A stretch of 64,000 nt of DNA from Lama guanicoe (taxonomy: Eukaryota), in assembly GCA_013239625.1 (NCBI GenBank), contig MU054220.1, positions 6,855,367 to 6,919,366 on the forward strand, written 5' to 3'. The position numbers and the translations under genes were made by a program. The notes under the pieces were generated by a model. The model did not search any database and was not told the origin of the DNA. It saw only the letters and a program-made list of their open reading frames with translations. Positions 24,065-34,976 of this stretch are shown in pieces. Position 1 is the stretch's first letter. The number at the start of each line of letters is the position of its first letter.

Positions 24065-24185
24065 GGCAAATCCCTTCACATTACCAATGAGGAAACTAAA
24101 ACCCAAAGAGTTAACCTTAGTTGCCCAGTTTGGATAGCTAAACTAAAGACAGAATTGGACCTAGAACCAGGTTTACACTGTTTCT
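24065..24185 (-). mobile_element. MIR SINE fragment
   Basis: CATTACCAATGAGGAAACTAAAACCCAAAGAG...GGACCTAGAACCAGG. Confidence 0.7.
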
Positions 24186-24649
24186 ACTTCTAGGATCTTT
24201 TTAGATTTTGAGTAAGAAACCAGATTTTACAAGAGAAATACGGTCATCCTCTGTCTTCAAACTGGAATCTCCATAGGTGAAGAATTCCAGAACCAAAGGT
24301 CGTTTCTTTGCTCTGTTTCTTGTTTACACCTCTTGTGAAGAGGTTGAATAACCTCTGCCTCACCCCAGCCCTGAGATGTGTGAAGTTCCTGCACCACCTG
24401 GGTTGCAAGTTTAAATCGCTGCTTCTTCTTTGGTTGCTTACGGAAGCACTTGAAAGTCATCGTGGTCCTTTATGTGCGAAACTGTATATTGGTCTCCCTC
24501 CAATCAAACGTGTCTCCTAAGTATCTGTCCAGTGCAGACTGGCCTCCTAAATAACCTTCTGTGTCATCTCCTGTAAAAAGTTTTCCTTGGGGTTCCACTC
24601 CCCTGAGATGGGGAATATTCTGTGTTTCTCAGCCACCCATCCTGTGGCT

Positions 24650-24815
24650 ACTACAAACAGAGCTTTAAGCCATGCCTATCACTACCCTTTCCTTGTCTGA
24701 TTTCTCCCTCTGCCATGTGAACTCCTTGAGCATGATGGTGTGAGCCTTTCAACATGTCGTGTCTAATTGCTGCATTCTTAACTCAGTAAATGTTTTGGGA
24801 ATAAATTAATGAATG
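24650..24815 (+). mobile_element. L2 LINE 3' end
   Basis: TGTGAACTCCTTGAG...ACTCAGTAAATGTTTTGGGAATAAATTAATGAATG. Confidence 0.75.
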
Positions 24816-25714
24816 CTTAAACCGTTAAAAGCCGCCAGATCACTCTACCAGGAAAAGAAGTGTCAAAGGAAAGAGCAGTCTTTTTCCCTGTTTTGGGGGA
24901 GTTTGCTGTGTCCCTCACCCTCATCTTGACTATATCGATAGGAAAAGTTAACAAGAAAGTGTCTTGAAATACTTCTGTCAAATCAAATACATTTGCAAAT
25001 GTTCAGCTCTGGCGTTCAGTTCCACGCTCATCTAAATACGATGTGGGCAGCTCTATGTGATACCGTCTGACCTTAGCAGTAGCTCACTTTTACCTTCTGC
25101 TCTGAGATGGAAAGACCTGATTATAGGGTAATGAATTTTTTAATGCTGCACAGGAAAATCTGTTGCTGAACGACTGACAAAAATAATTCAACTTCCTTTC
25201 ATAAATCCAATTCTACTCATTGCCAGGCATTATTATGGAACAATAGTGCTTACAATATCCTGAGGGAAAAAAATTTGTAAAGCAGAATTATGCTTATTTA
25301 AATATTGTTTATCCAGGTATTTATTATAATAAGATAATGATCGTTCTGTGAATTACCTATTGAGTGAGATGTTCTGGTTCTTTGTAAAGTTTAATTCTAT
25401 ACCACAAAATAATCTTGGGATGTAGTCTCTGCAACAACTAATGAATAAATATGAAGCTTATTTTCAGGCCATTTACACATTAGAAAATTTAGGTTTTTAG
25501 CCCTCATTATTTTATCACATTCAATATAACATTAAAGACAGGCTTTGTCTTGATAAGTGAAATAATTTGCATGCATCAATCACAACAAGAAAGACAAGAT
25601 TTAAAATTTCTCATATTTTAATACTAATGTGCAATTTGAGTTTCAGCTTGAAAGGGCAAAGAAGTATTTCTCCGGTACAATTAGCGTGGATCTCATTGTT
25701 TAAAAAGCGATGTG

Positions 25715-25850
25715 TGTTAATCAAACAGTATTCAGTATGCAACAATATTTATTTAGCGCTGTGCTGAATGTTGGAGCACAGGGGCATATAAATAATTTTA
25801 AAATATGCTCATGACCATCAGAGATATTACACTTTCATTAAGAAGATATA
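25715..25850 (-). mobile_element. L2 LINE 3' fragment
   Basis: CAACAATATTTATTTAGCGC...TGCTCATGACCATCAGAGATATTACA. Confidence 0.55.
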
Positions 25851-26054
25851 TACATACATGTTTACATATCTTGTATATATCTTGTATATAATAAATACAG
25901 AAACATATTATTTGATACTTTTATTTGAACTTGAGGGTTTATTAAATCTAAGAGTTATAATAATTCAGGAAGGGACATGGCACAATGGCTTGGGAGTCCT
26001 GATTCAGTATTACTAGCTCTGTGACCTTAAGCATATGATACAAATTTTCCAGCC

Positions 26055-26350
26055 CAGTGATTGTCAAACTGATGCACATCAGAACAACCTAAGGTAGTTT
26101 TTAAAAAGCTCCCCTGCCCAGACATCAGAATTTTTTTTAAAACTTGGGTTTCAGATTGATTTCAATGAAAATACAAGATAGAGAATGATTAATCCATTTC
26201 TCAAACTTTAATATGAATACCAGTTGCCTTGTTGGCTAGGGAAGGTGCAGGTGCTCATCCAGGAGCCCTGACATGGGCCCGGAGAGTCCTCACGGGCTCC
26301 CAGATGGGGTTTATGCTGCCTGCTGGAGGGCCACACTCTGGGTGGGAAAG
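26055..26350. mobile_element. Two adjacent MER5-family (hAT-Charlie) fragments
   Basis: CAGTGATTGTCAAACTGATGCACATCAGAACAACCT and CATTTCTCAAACTTTAATATGAATAC...GCTGCCTGCTGGAGGGCCACACTCTG. Confidence 0.6.
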
Positions 26351-26629
26351 TCCAGCCTACAATTATGTCCTTTTAAAAATAGAGATACTTCTCCGAGGGC
26401 TGATGGAATGGCCAGTCACATGACATGGGTATCTTATAATAATGACTTCAGCTCAATCTTCCTCAAAATATTGACATAAGTAGGGAGAGTCATCCCTTGC
26501 TAGGGCAGATTATATCTGATTTTTAAAAATTTTATCTGAAATCCCTTCTCCCTTCTTCTTAATTAGGTGAAGGCTAGTCACTGTTCCAGGCCCTGATGCA
26601 CTTCAGCCCACACCTGCCATCCTCTTAAC

Positions 26630-26772
26630 TCCACGGGTCACCATCCTGGCACCATAGTGGAATTTCCTGGGGAAATTTCACAGCGTACCCAATGCCTGAG
26701 CCCCACACCAGACAAATTAATCAGTATCTCCGGGGGTGATTCCACTATGCCTCAATGGTTGAGCACCAGCTC
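26630..26772. mobile_element. MER5A/B-like hAT-Charlie fragment
   Basis: GGAATTTCCTGGGGAAATTT...ATGCCTGAGCCCCACACCAGACAAATTAATCAGTATCTC...GGTTGAGCACCA. Confidence 0.75.
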
Positions 26773-26904
26773 TCATCAGATTCCCTACACTCCATTCACT
26801 TTGTCTTTTATTCAGTTAATACGCTTTGAGCTTCTACCACATGCCAACATTGTGCCGGAGAGTGGGACTGATAACAAATGAGTGATGAATCCATTTCTTT
26901 ACTT

Positions 26905-27055
26905 TACTATTTTTACAACTAATTTATAAGGTAGATATTACTAGTATTAACATCTTATAGTTGAGAAAAGTGAGACTTAGAAAGGTCATGAAGCCTGTCT
27001 GGGATCCTGAGCTAGTGAGTGAGAATTCAAACCCCACACACTTAGCCATATGACA
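26905..27055 (-). mobile_element. MIR SINE fragment
   Basis: TATAAGGTAGATATTA...CATCTTATAGTTGAGAAAAGTGAGACTTAGAAAGGTCA...GAATTCAAACCC. Confidence 0.75.
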
Positions 27056-27429
27056 ACCCGGGTCCCGAGGAAGCAGGCTGAAAAAATAATGTAGTACAAA
27101 GCTGTGGGAACATGGAATTAGTTTAATTTTGGAATGCATTCTTCACAATTCCCCGTCTTGGATTTCTTTTCCTTTTTTGTTATGACTGTTAGGTTAATCT
27201 GCTCAAGTACAGTATAAAATCCTTAAGGTCAGGGATCATGATTTATAATGATATGACTGAACCTTTTCTTAATAGGACATAGCATGAGGTTGAAAACAAA
27301 ATGGGTTGTCTTGTTTTGTCTTTCTCTATTTCTCCCTGCATGCATACACGTACATATATGGTCACGTTTGTGTTTATATTTAAACTGTCAGGTGTACAGA
27401 ATTGGATTGCCACTATTGCTCAAATCAAG

Positions 27430-30075
27430 TTCTCTTTTTAATTTAATCATTTTTCTCCGTCAGTCTAAATCTTCATTCTTATCTCCCTCATCCACATTAC
27501 TCCTCACTCTAATGTGTTTAATGCATGTCCTCTCACTTGACTTCCCACATTTACTAGGCGTTGGTACACTAAAATTGACATGTATTCTTGTTCTGTGCAT
27601 TTTATATTTATGTAAATGGCACTTCACTCTAAATTTTATTCTTCTTTTCTTAAATGTTCTTTGAATACAGTTTTTGGATCTATCCAGGTTGCCAAGTTTC
27701 AATCTAGTTAGTTGTTTCTGATGATTACATTTTATTCCATGGTATGCATTTATAGATTTTATTTAGCTATTTCCCTTTTTTATAAAAATCTAAGTTACTT
27801 TATGCACAATTTCCACTTACATACATACATACAAAAAAAGCTGCTAATAGGTTTTATTAAGACATAAAATGGAAAAGTGTCACTGAGAGATATATGTACA
27901 TTAAGGAGGGATTGTTGGGTCAAATATTTAATGTCTCACATAGTTTCATCTCCAGAAGAACACTGTCAGTTTACCCTCCCACTGTGACTTTAGTTATTCA
28001 TATCTTCTGTAGCATTTGATTTTTATAAAATTGCCAATGTGATTGGTATCAAATGCTATTTCACTATTTTGATTTCTATTTTTCTGATTATTAGAGTGTA
28101 AACATCTCAGTATATTTATTAGCCATTTGTGTTTCCTCTTTTCTGTTTCATATACCTTACTCATTCTTTTCTTTTCTTTTTTCCAGATGGTAGATATTTA
28201 TTTATTCATTTATTTATTGAAGTATAGTCAGTTACAATGTGTCAATTTCTGGCATACAGCATAATGCATCAGTCATAAGTATACATATATATATGTTCTC
28301 ATATTCTTTTTATTATAGGTTACTACAATATACTGAATATAATTCCCTGTTCTATACAGAAGAAATTCATTTTTTATCTATTCTATATAGTAGTTAGTAT
28401 TTGCGAATCTCGAACTCCCAGTTTATCCCTTCCCACCCCCTTTCCCCCTGGTAACCATAAGTCTGTTTACTGTGTCTGTGAGTCTGTTTCTGTTTTGTAG
28501 GTAAATTCATTAGTGTCTTCTTCTTTCTTATTTTCTAATGGGTTTACCGTATTTTCACTGTCTTAAAACTTACAAAAGTTCTTTATATTAATTTCTTCAG
28601 ACTTTGCCAAAATCTTCTTCTAGTATGTTACCAATCAGCTCTCTTTGCCTGTAGCATTTTTTTCTGATGAGAAATAATAGTTGGAGCTCGACTTGTAGGT
28701 TGATATTATTGTCTCTACTTTCATTGTCTTCTAGCCTCTATTGTCATTGTTAAATTTATTGTCAGATAATTGTTGTTCTTTTGCATGTAACCTATTGTTT
28801 CCTCTCTGATTTATTTTAAAATATCTTTTGCCTTTGATATTTGGTATATTTACTGCAGTGTATTTATTTTATTTTATTATTTTGTAGTTTTCAAAATGTT
28901 TGTGCTCTTTAATCTAGATATTTATGACCCTCATCATTTCCAGAAAAAATATATCCACCAACTTTTTATATATTACTCCATAAAAATTGCTCCATATCCC
29001 CGTTTATGAACTAGACGAATGTTGGATCTTCTGACTGCAAATTCTGATTTTCTTAACTTTTATTCTTATATTTTTCATGCATTTATCATTTTGGAATAGA
29101 TTATATATCATTTCTTCAATTCTATCTTTCATTTCACAAACATTACTTTCAATTTTGTCTAATTAAAAATGTAATACACACATTGAGGTTTTTTAAAAAA
29201 AATCAGATTGTGCTTTTTAAATTCTAAGTTCTACTTTGTTATTTTTCAACTCTTCCTGTTCCTTACTCAAAATTTCTAATTCCTGTCTTATATTTTTTTA
29301 TGAAATCATTTTATGTCTATAAGATTAATAAACATACTTCGTATAGTCTTTATTCAGTTTATTTTTCTCAATTTTAAAATACTTTGGTTTTACTTCATTG
29401 ATGTGCTATGGCTGCTGAATTTTCATTCATGGCATGATTATTATGAAAGTTTTTTGTAATATCGTAAAATGAGCTTAGTTTTACTGTATATGTAGAGATC
29501 ACTCCAGTGTAGTTTTGCCAGTGCTTACAATAAGAGTTGTACCAGAAATATCGTTAGACTTGGCAAAGGTTTATGCTGATTTGGGGTTCAAAGGACAAAT
29601 AGATATGACACATTTAAACTCAGCACCTAAGACAGCAAGCCTGACATTTCAGCAGAGTCTATGTTTTTCCTTCCAAAATTTCTAGTTGTGACATATTTCC
29701 TCATCGGTTTTCTGTACTGTGGGTGGATTTTTCTAGTCTTTCTGTTTATTCCGAGTGAAGCCCTTGTGGAGTTGCAGTTTTATGCAGGGTCCCAGAACTG
29801 CCTCATCCACAACCAAACCTTTTCAACTGTTTCTGTGGAAGCTTTAATGAACATCTACTTTTCCCCTCCATCTCCAAACCTCTGTGCTTATCTGGAACAG
29901 CTGCAGCATTTAATAGATGTAATTACATCTCTGTGATTCAATTTCTTTTCGTCCTTGGTACCTAGGGATTTCTTTTTTCTTGTGTCTATCATTTATTTTA
30001 AATGACAGTATTTTATCCAGCATTTCCACATATTTGGTGCAGGATTTTCAAATTTTTTGTCAGTAATTTTGCCAA
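27430..30075 (-). mobile_element. Ancient L1 (L1ME-like) patchwork: 3' UTR/ORF2 end followed by ORF1/5' region
   Basis: TATTTATTAGCCATTTGTGTTTCCTCTT and TTGCCAATGTGATTGGTATCAAATG (ORF2 end, antisense); CATTGTCTTCTAGCCTCTATTGT (ORF1 region, antisense). Strong T skew throughout. Confidence 0.7.
28165..28520 (-). mobile_element. Short camelid-type L1 3' UTR fragment nested in the ancient L1
   Basis: TTTATTGAAGTATAGTCAGTTACAATG...CCCTGGTAACCATAAGT...CATTAGTGTCTT, clearly homologous to 10350-10690. Confidence 0.9.
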
Positions 30076-30559
30076 ATATAAAGCTATCTCTATAAGTAAT
30101 TGGAATCAAGATTATACTCATATTGTAAAGTATCTTAGGCAACAGTAAAGTTGCAAACAACAGGAATATACTATACTGTTCCTTGGATATTTTTTGGCAC
30201 AGTTCATGTTGTGGGGGAGAAGGGGAAGGGGAGGTGGTGAAGACGGGAAGGGGAGCTGGTGAAGACTGAAAGGTGAGACCTCGTCTACCTACACCATTTT
30301 ATTCCGTGCTCTCCAGCACAAGGGCAGCATTGCCCTAATTTTACCCATTGCATCAAGCATTCGTTTCTTTCCTGCACTGTGCTACGATGAGGGATACTAT
30401 GTGAAGAAGAGCAGGGCTAGACAGTGCTTTCTTGAATTATCCTTATATTTGTCATCTGGTGTTATTCTATTCTCAGCCATTGTTTCTTTCTCAACCCTTG
30501 CGTCCATCCATCTATTTCCTAAAAGTTTCACACAATCCCATCAACTTTTCTCTCTCTTC

Positions 30560-30670
30560 CATAGTTTTTTTTCTGTCTTTGAGGGCAAAGACCAGCCTGT
30601 AACCAAGCTAGTTCTCCATTCAGCTTAGAATATCTCAAATAAATATTTGTTAATCACTCAATCACTTGAT
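30560..30670 (+). mobile_element. L2 LINE 3' end fragment
   Basis: CTTTGAGGGCAAAGACC...CTCAAATAAATATTTGTTAA. Confidence 0.55.
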
Positions 30671-30906
30671 TATCAGAAGATAGATTAGTGACTATTAGTA
30701 GTTAGTTATGAAAGAGTATATAAATCAAGATGCTGTTAGGTAAAACATGTTACATGATACGAAAGTATTTCTTAATGCCTATGCTATTGGTGGGAGGTAC
30801 CCAGTAAGAACCATACTTGACACATTTTATGGGTTAATATTTCTATGAAAGGCATTTATTCATTCATCGCTCTATTAAATATTTACTGAATACCTTCCCC
30901 TGTGTC

Positions 30907-31382
30907 CAGTGATGCCATAATGAAGTGCTTTTAGGTCCCTTCCTCATTTTCATGAACTCCTTCCCCATTCTTTGAACTTGATGTTACAAAATTATGTAAA
31001 ATCCTTCACAAATGAGACTTGAAAGCCTGCCTTACTACCACATTGCCAGTCCAAAGATTTCCTCCTACAGAATGAGAAGCACTGTATTTTATGTACCCTT
31101 CATTTTATAAGTTATTGGATTACAAGAAATGAAAACATACAGGACTCTTTTCACAAGAAGAATACTGTATATTGGGGCAGACAGTTACCAAAGGATTAAT
31201 TAATAATAGTTGTGATTTGATTTTTTTGGAAATGCACACAGGCGTGGCTTTTATGCAACCTGTAGTCATGTACTCTTGACAGGTTGTTTTGAATGATGTC
31301 TCTTCTGATGGGACTGGTGTCTGTTTTGTTTTGTCAGTACCCATGCTCTACTGGCTATTAAATGTTTTTATTATCTCCTCTG
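30907..31382. mobile_element. MER63-like hAT DNA transposon relic
   Basis: Starts CAGTGATG and ends CAGTACCCATGCTCTACTGGCTATTAAATGTTTTTATTATCTCCTCTG, resembling the recalled MER63 terminus. Confidence 0.5.
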
Positions 31383-31504
31383 TTAGGCTGCTCTGAGAGT
31401 TCAGGGAAGCATCACTTGAGATTTCTAGCCACTGCTGGTGCTTCTCCTCCTTCCCACGCAACACAAACGTGTGTTTTCATAGACCCATAGGTGTGCCTGG
31501 ATTG

Positions 31505-31808
31505 CATCAGACCTGACCACGAGGCACAGGTGTGTATTGAGCACTACAAACGTGGCTTATTCAAATTGAAGTATGCCGAAATGTCAACTACACATCATAT
31601 TTTGAAGACAGTAGAACTGAAAATATCTCATTAATTGATTTATTCCAGTTGTGCACTAACATGATATTATTCTGGATACACAGGGTTAAATAAAATCTAT
31701 CATGAAAATTGATACAGTTGTTTCACCTTACCTTTATCAATGTGGCTATAGGTAAATTTAAGATTACACATGTTGCTCATATCATAATTCTATTTCAAAG
31801 CAAGGTCT
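31505..31808. mobile_element. MER33-like hAT-Charlie DNA transposon
   Basis: TATTGAGCACTACAAACGTGGCT...TTTTGAAGAC...AAAATATCTCATTAAT...GGGTTAAATAAAAT...AATGTGGCTATAGGTAAATTTAAGATTACACATG. Confidence 0.85.
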
Positions 31809-31829
31809 GAGATCTTATATTTATCAACA

Positions 31830-31965
31830 AAAAATGATATTTAAGTTCTCTTATTTTGTAGTTTTGCACAATGAGGTCCAGTAATGGGAAATTAGTTACC
31901 TAAGAACCTAGAATGGAGTAATACTAGAAATAAGCTTGTGGCCAGAGCCATGCGGTGTGATGCCT
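31830..31965 (-). mobile_element. MIR SINE fragment
   Basis: TCTCTTATTTTGTAGTTTTGCACAATGAGGTCCAG...TTGTGGCCAGAGCCA. Confidence 0.5.
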
Positions 31966-32097
31966 TCTCCTGCATCCAACATTGCTTTTAAGGTTAGCCC
32001 TGAGGATAGTCAAAGGAAAACGTGTTCATATAAAAACTGTTTTAGAGATATGAAATCCTATCTCTTGAACATTAATCATAAAATGTTTTACAAGGTA

Positions 32098-32557
32098 TAT
32101 TTATACAATGGAATACTACTCAGCCATAAAAACTGACAACATAACGCCATTTGCGGCAACATGGATGCTCCCGGAGAATGCCATTCTAAGTGAAGTAAGC
32201 CAGAAGGAGAAAGAAAAATACCATATGAGATCGCTCATATGTGGAATCTAAAAACAAAAACAAACAAACAAAGCATAAATACAAAACAGAAACAGACTCA
32301 TAGACATAGAATACAAACTTGTGGTTGCCAAGGGGGTGGAGGGTGGGAAGGGACAGATGGGATTCAAAATTGTAGAATAGATAAATAAGATTATACTGTA
32401 TAGCACAGGGAAATGTACACAAGATCTTACGGTAGCTCACAGAGAAAAAAATGTGACAATGAATATATATATGCTCATGTATAACTGAAAAATTGTGCTC
32501 TACACTGGAATTTGACACAACATTGTAAAATGATTATAAATCAATAAAAAATGTTAA
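32098..32557 (+). mobile_element. Young camelid-type L1 3' end (5'-truncated)
   Basis: TATACAATGGAATACTACTCAGCCATAAAA...CTAAGTGAAGTAAGCCAG...TGTGCTCTACACTGGAATTTGACACAACATTGTAAAATGA...AATAAA. TSD AAAATGTTTTACAAGGTA (32080-32097) / AAAATGTTTTATAAGGTA (32558-32575). Confidence 0.95.
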
Positions 32558-33308
32558 AAAATGTTTTATAAGGTAAAAGAAAACTGGAATCATAAATGTT
32601 TGTCTGGTGATTAATCATTCTCTTTTATCACAGGTTTCAGGAAATTGAACTATTCAGTATAAACCCTTTTGACTCCTTATGGCAAAACAAACTTTAGGTG
32701 CTTAAAATTGTATAGTTGCTAAACTGTGTAAATGGAAGGAACTGAATAGTGAAGTAGTCTAACACTGCAGATAACCCCAAATTCAGTTATAAGTTTGTGA
32801 TTTCATATACCTTTTGGGAGGATGACGTGAGAGCGTTTTCCTTCATGATTATTTATTATATATTTATAACTTACTGGAAATTATTTATTCTAGGCCCATC
32901 ATATCCATTCACCATAAATATGTAGGCAATAAGCACATTCAGTGCTGATATATAATTTATGAAAAATAATGGAATATGATATGTGAATAACATTTGTGTA
33001 GCTTAGTTTCTAATATGCTTATTTAAATGAAATGAGATAGAACACATACATTTGAAACCATTTAAAACCAATGCTGGTTTCAAAGATGAAAAGGAATAAT
33101 CATTTAGAAATACCATGGAAGGTTATTTAGAACAATTGAAAAGTACTATGTGAAGAATTGTGAACATCTGAGATTAGCAGAACGCACCTCTCCCCCAAGA
33201 GAGTGGCTTACATCTCATGATTTTATCCTTTCACATAAAGAAAGGTGGGCATTGGCATTCAAGGTTTCTATGGCAACCCCATGATACCATCAGAAACTAT
33301 ATTCTTTC

Positions 33309-34680
33309 TTTCTCTTTTTTTTTTTTTTGGTTGTGGGAGGTAATTAGATTTATTTACTTATCTATTTTTTTAACTTTTTTTTATTGAGTCAAAGTCATTT
33401 TACAATGTTGTGTCAAATTCCAGTGTAGAGCACAATTTTTCAGTTATACATGAACATACATACATTCATTGTCACATTTTTTTTTCACTGTGAACCACCA
33501 CAAAATCCTGTATATATTTCCCTGTGCTACACAGTACAATATTGTTTATCTACTCTACATTTTGAAATCCTAGTCTGTCCCTTCACATCCCCTGGCCCCC
33601 TGGCAACCACAAGTTTGTATTCTGTCTATGAGTCTGTTTCTGTTTTGTATTTATGTTTGTTTGGTTTTTTTTTTTTTTTTAGATTCCACATATGAGGGAT
33701 CTCATATGGTGTTTTTCTTTCTCTTTCTGGTTTACTTCACTTAGAATGACATTCTCCAGGAACATCCATGTTGCTGCAAATGGCGTTATGTTGTCAGTTT
33801 TTATGGCTGAATAGTATTACAATGTATAAATATACCGCTTGTTCTTTATCCAGTCATCTGTTGATGGACATTTAGGCTGTTTCCATGACATGGCTATTGT
33901 AAATAGTGCTGCTATGAACATTAGGGTGCAGGTGTCATTTTGAAGTAGGGTTCATTCTGGATATATGCCCAGGAGTGGGATTCCTGGGTCATATGGTAAG
34001 TCTATTCCTAGTCTTTTGAGGAATTTCCATACTGTTTTCCACAGTGACTGCACCAACCTGCATTCCCACCAGCAGTGTAGGAGGGTTCCCCTTTCTCCAC
34101 AGCCTCTCCAGCATTTGTCATTTGTGAACTTTTGATTGATGGCCATTCTGACTAGTGTGAGGTGATACGTCACTGTAGTTTTGATTTGCATTTCTCTGAT
34201 AATTAGTGATATTGAGCATTTTTTCATGTGCCTATTGATCATTTGTATTTCTTCCTTGGATAATTGCTTGTTTAGGTCATCTGCCCATTTTTGGATTGGT
34301 TTTTTTTTTTCCTAATTAAATCGTATGAGCTGCTTATAAATTCTGGAGATCAAGCCTTTGTCGGTTTCATTTGCAAAAATTTTCTCCCATTCCGTAGGTT
34401 GTCGTTTTGTTTTACTTATTTTTTTCTTTGCTGTGCAGAAGCTTGTAAGTTTAATTAGGTCCCATTTGTTTATTCTTGCTTTTATTTCTATTGCTTGAGT
34501 AGACTGTCCTAGGAGAACATTTTTGAGATGTATGTCAGATAATGTTTTGCCTATATTTTCTTCTAGGAGATTTATTGTATCTTGACTTATGTTCAAGTCT
34601 TTGATCCATTTTGAGTTTATTTTTGTGTATGGTGTAAGGGAGTGCTCTAGCTTCACTGATTTACATGCTGCTGTCCAGTT
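33309..34680 (-). mobile_element. Young camelid-type L1 (1.37 kb, 5'-truncated)
   Basis: ORF2 C-terminal peptides LTPYTKINSKWIKDLN...INKWDLIKLTSFCTAK and [19 protein letters not shown]...[18 protein letters not shown]. 17-bp TSD AGAAACTATATTCTTTC (33292-33308) / AGAAACCATATTCTTTC (34681-34697). Confidence 0.96.
33952..34680 (-). pseudogene. L1 ORF2p C-terminal (cysteine-rich) fragment, disrupted
   Basis: ORF track entries 34312-34689 and 33952-34242 are consecutive ORF2p C-terminal segments separated by a stop. Confidence 0.92.
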
Positions 34681-34930
34681 AGAAACCATATTCTTTCAAA
34701 TGTCTTCTGCCATTGCTGAGCTGTGTGCCTCATCTTCATGATCCAAGGTAGCAGGTGAAAGTCCAGATGTCAAATCTCTGTTTCAGAAAGACAACTGAGG
34801 AAAGCATAAATAATTGTATCATTGCTCTCTTTAAAGAGATGTCCCTGAAATCTCATATGACAACTCCACTTACAACTCACTGGCCAGAACTCAGTCACAC
34901 GAACCCATTTCAGTACATGAAGCCTGGAAA

Positions 34931-34931
<1 letters not shown>

Positions 34932-34971
<40 letters not shown>

Positions 34972-34976
34972 CGCGC
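34932..34976. repeat. (TG)16(CG)6 compound microsatellite
   Basis: Read directly. Confidence 0.95.
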
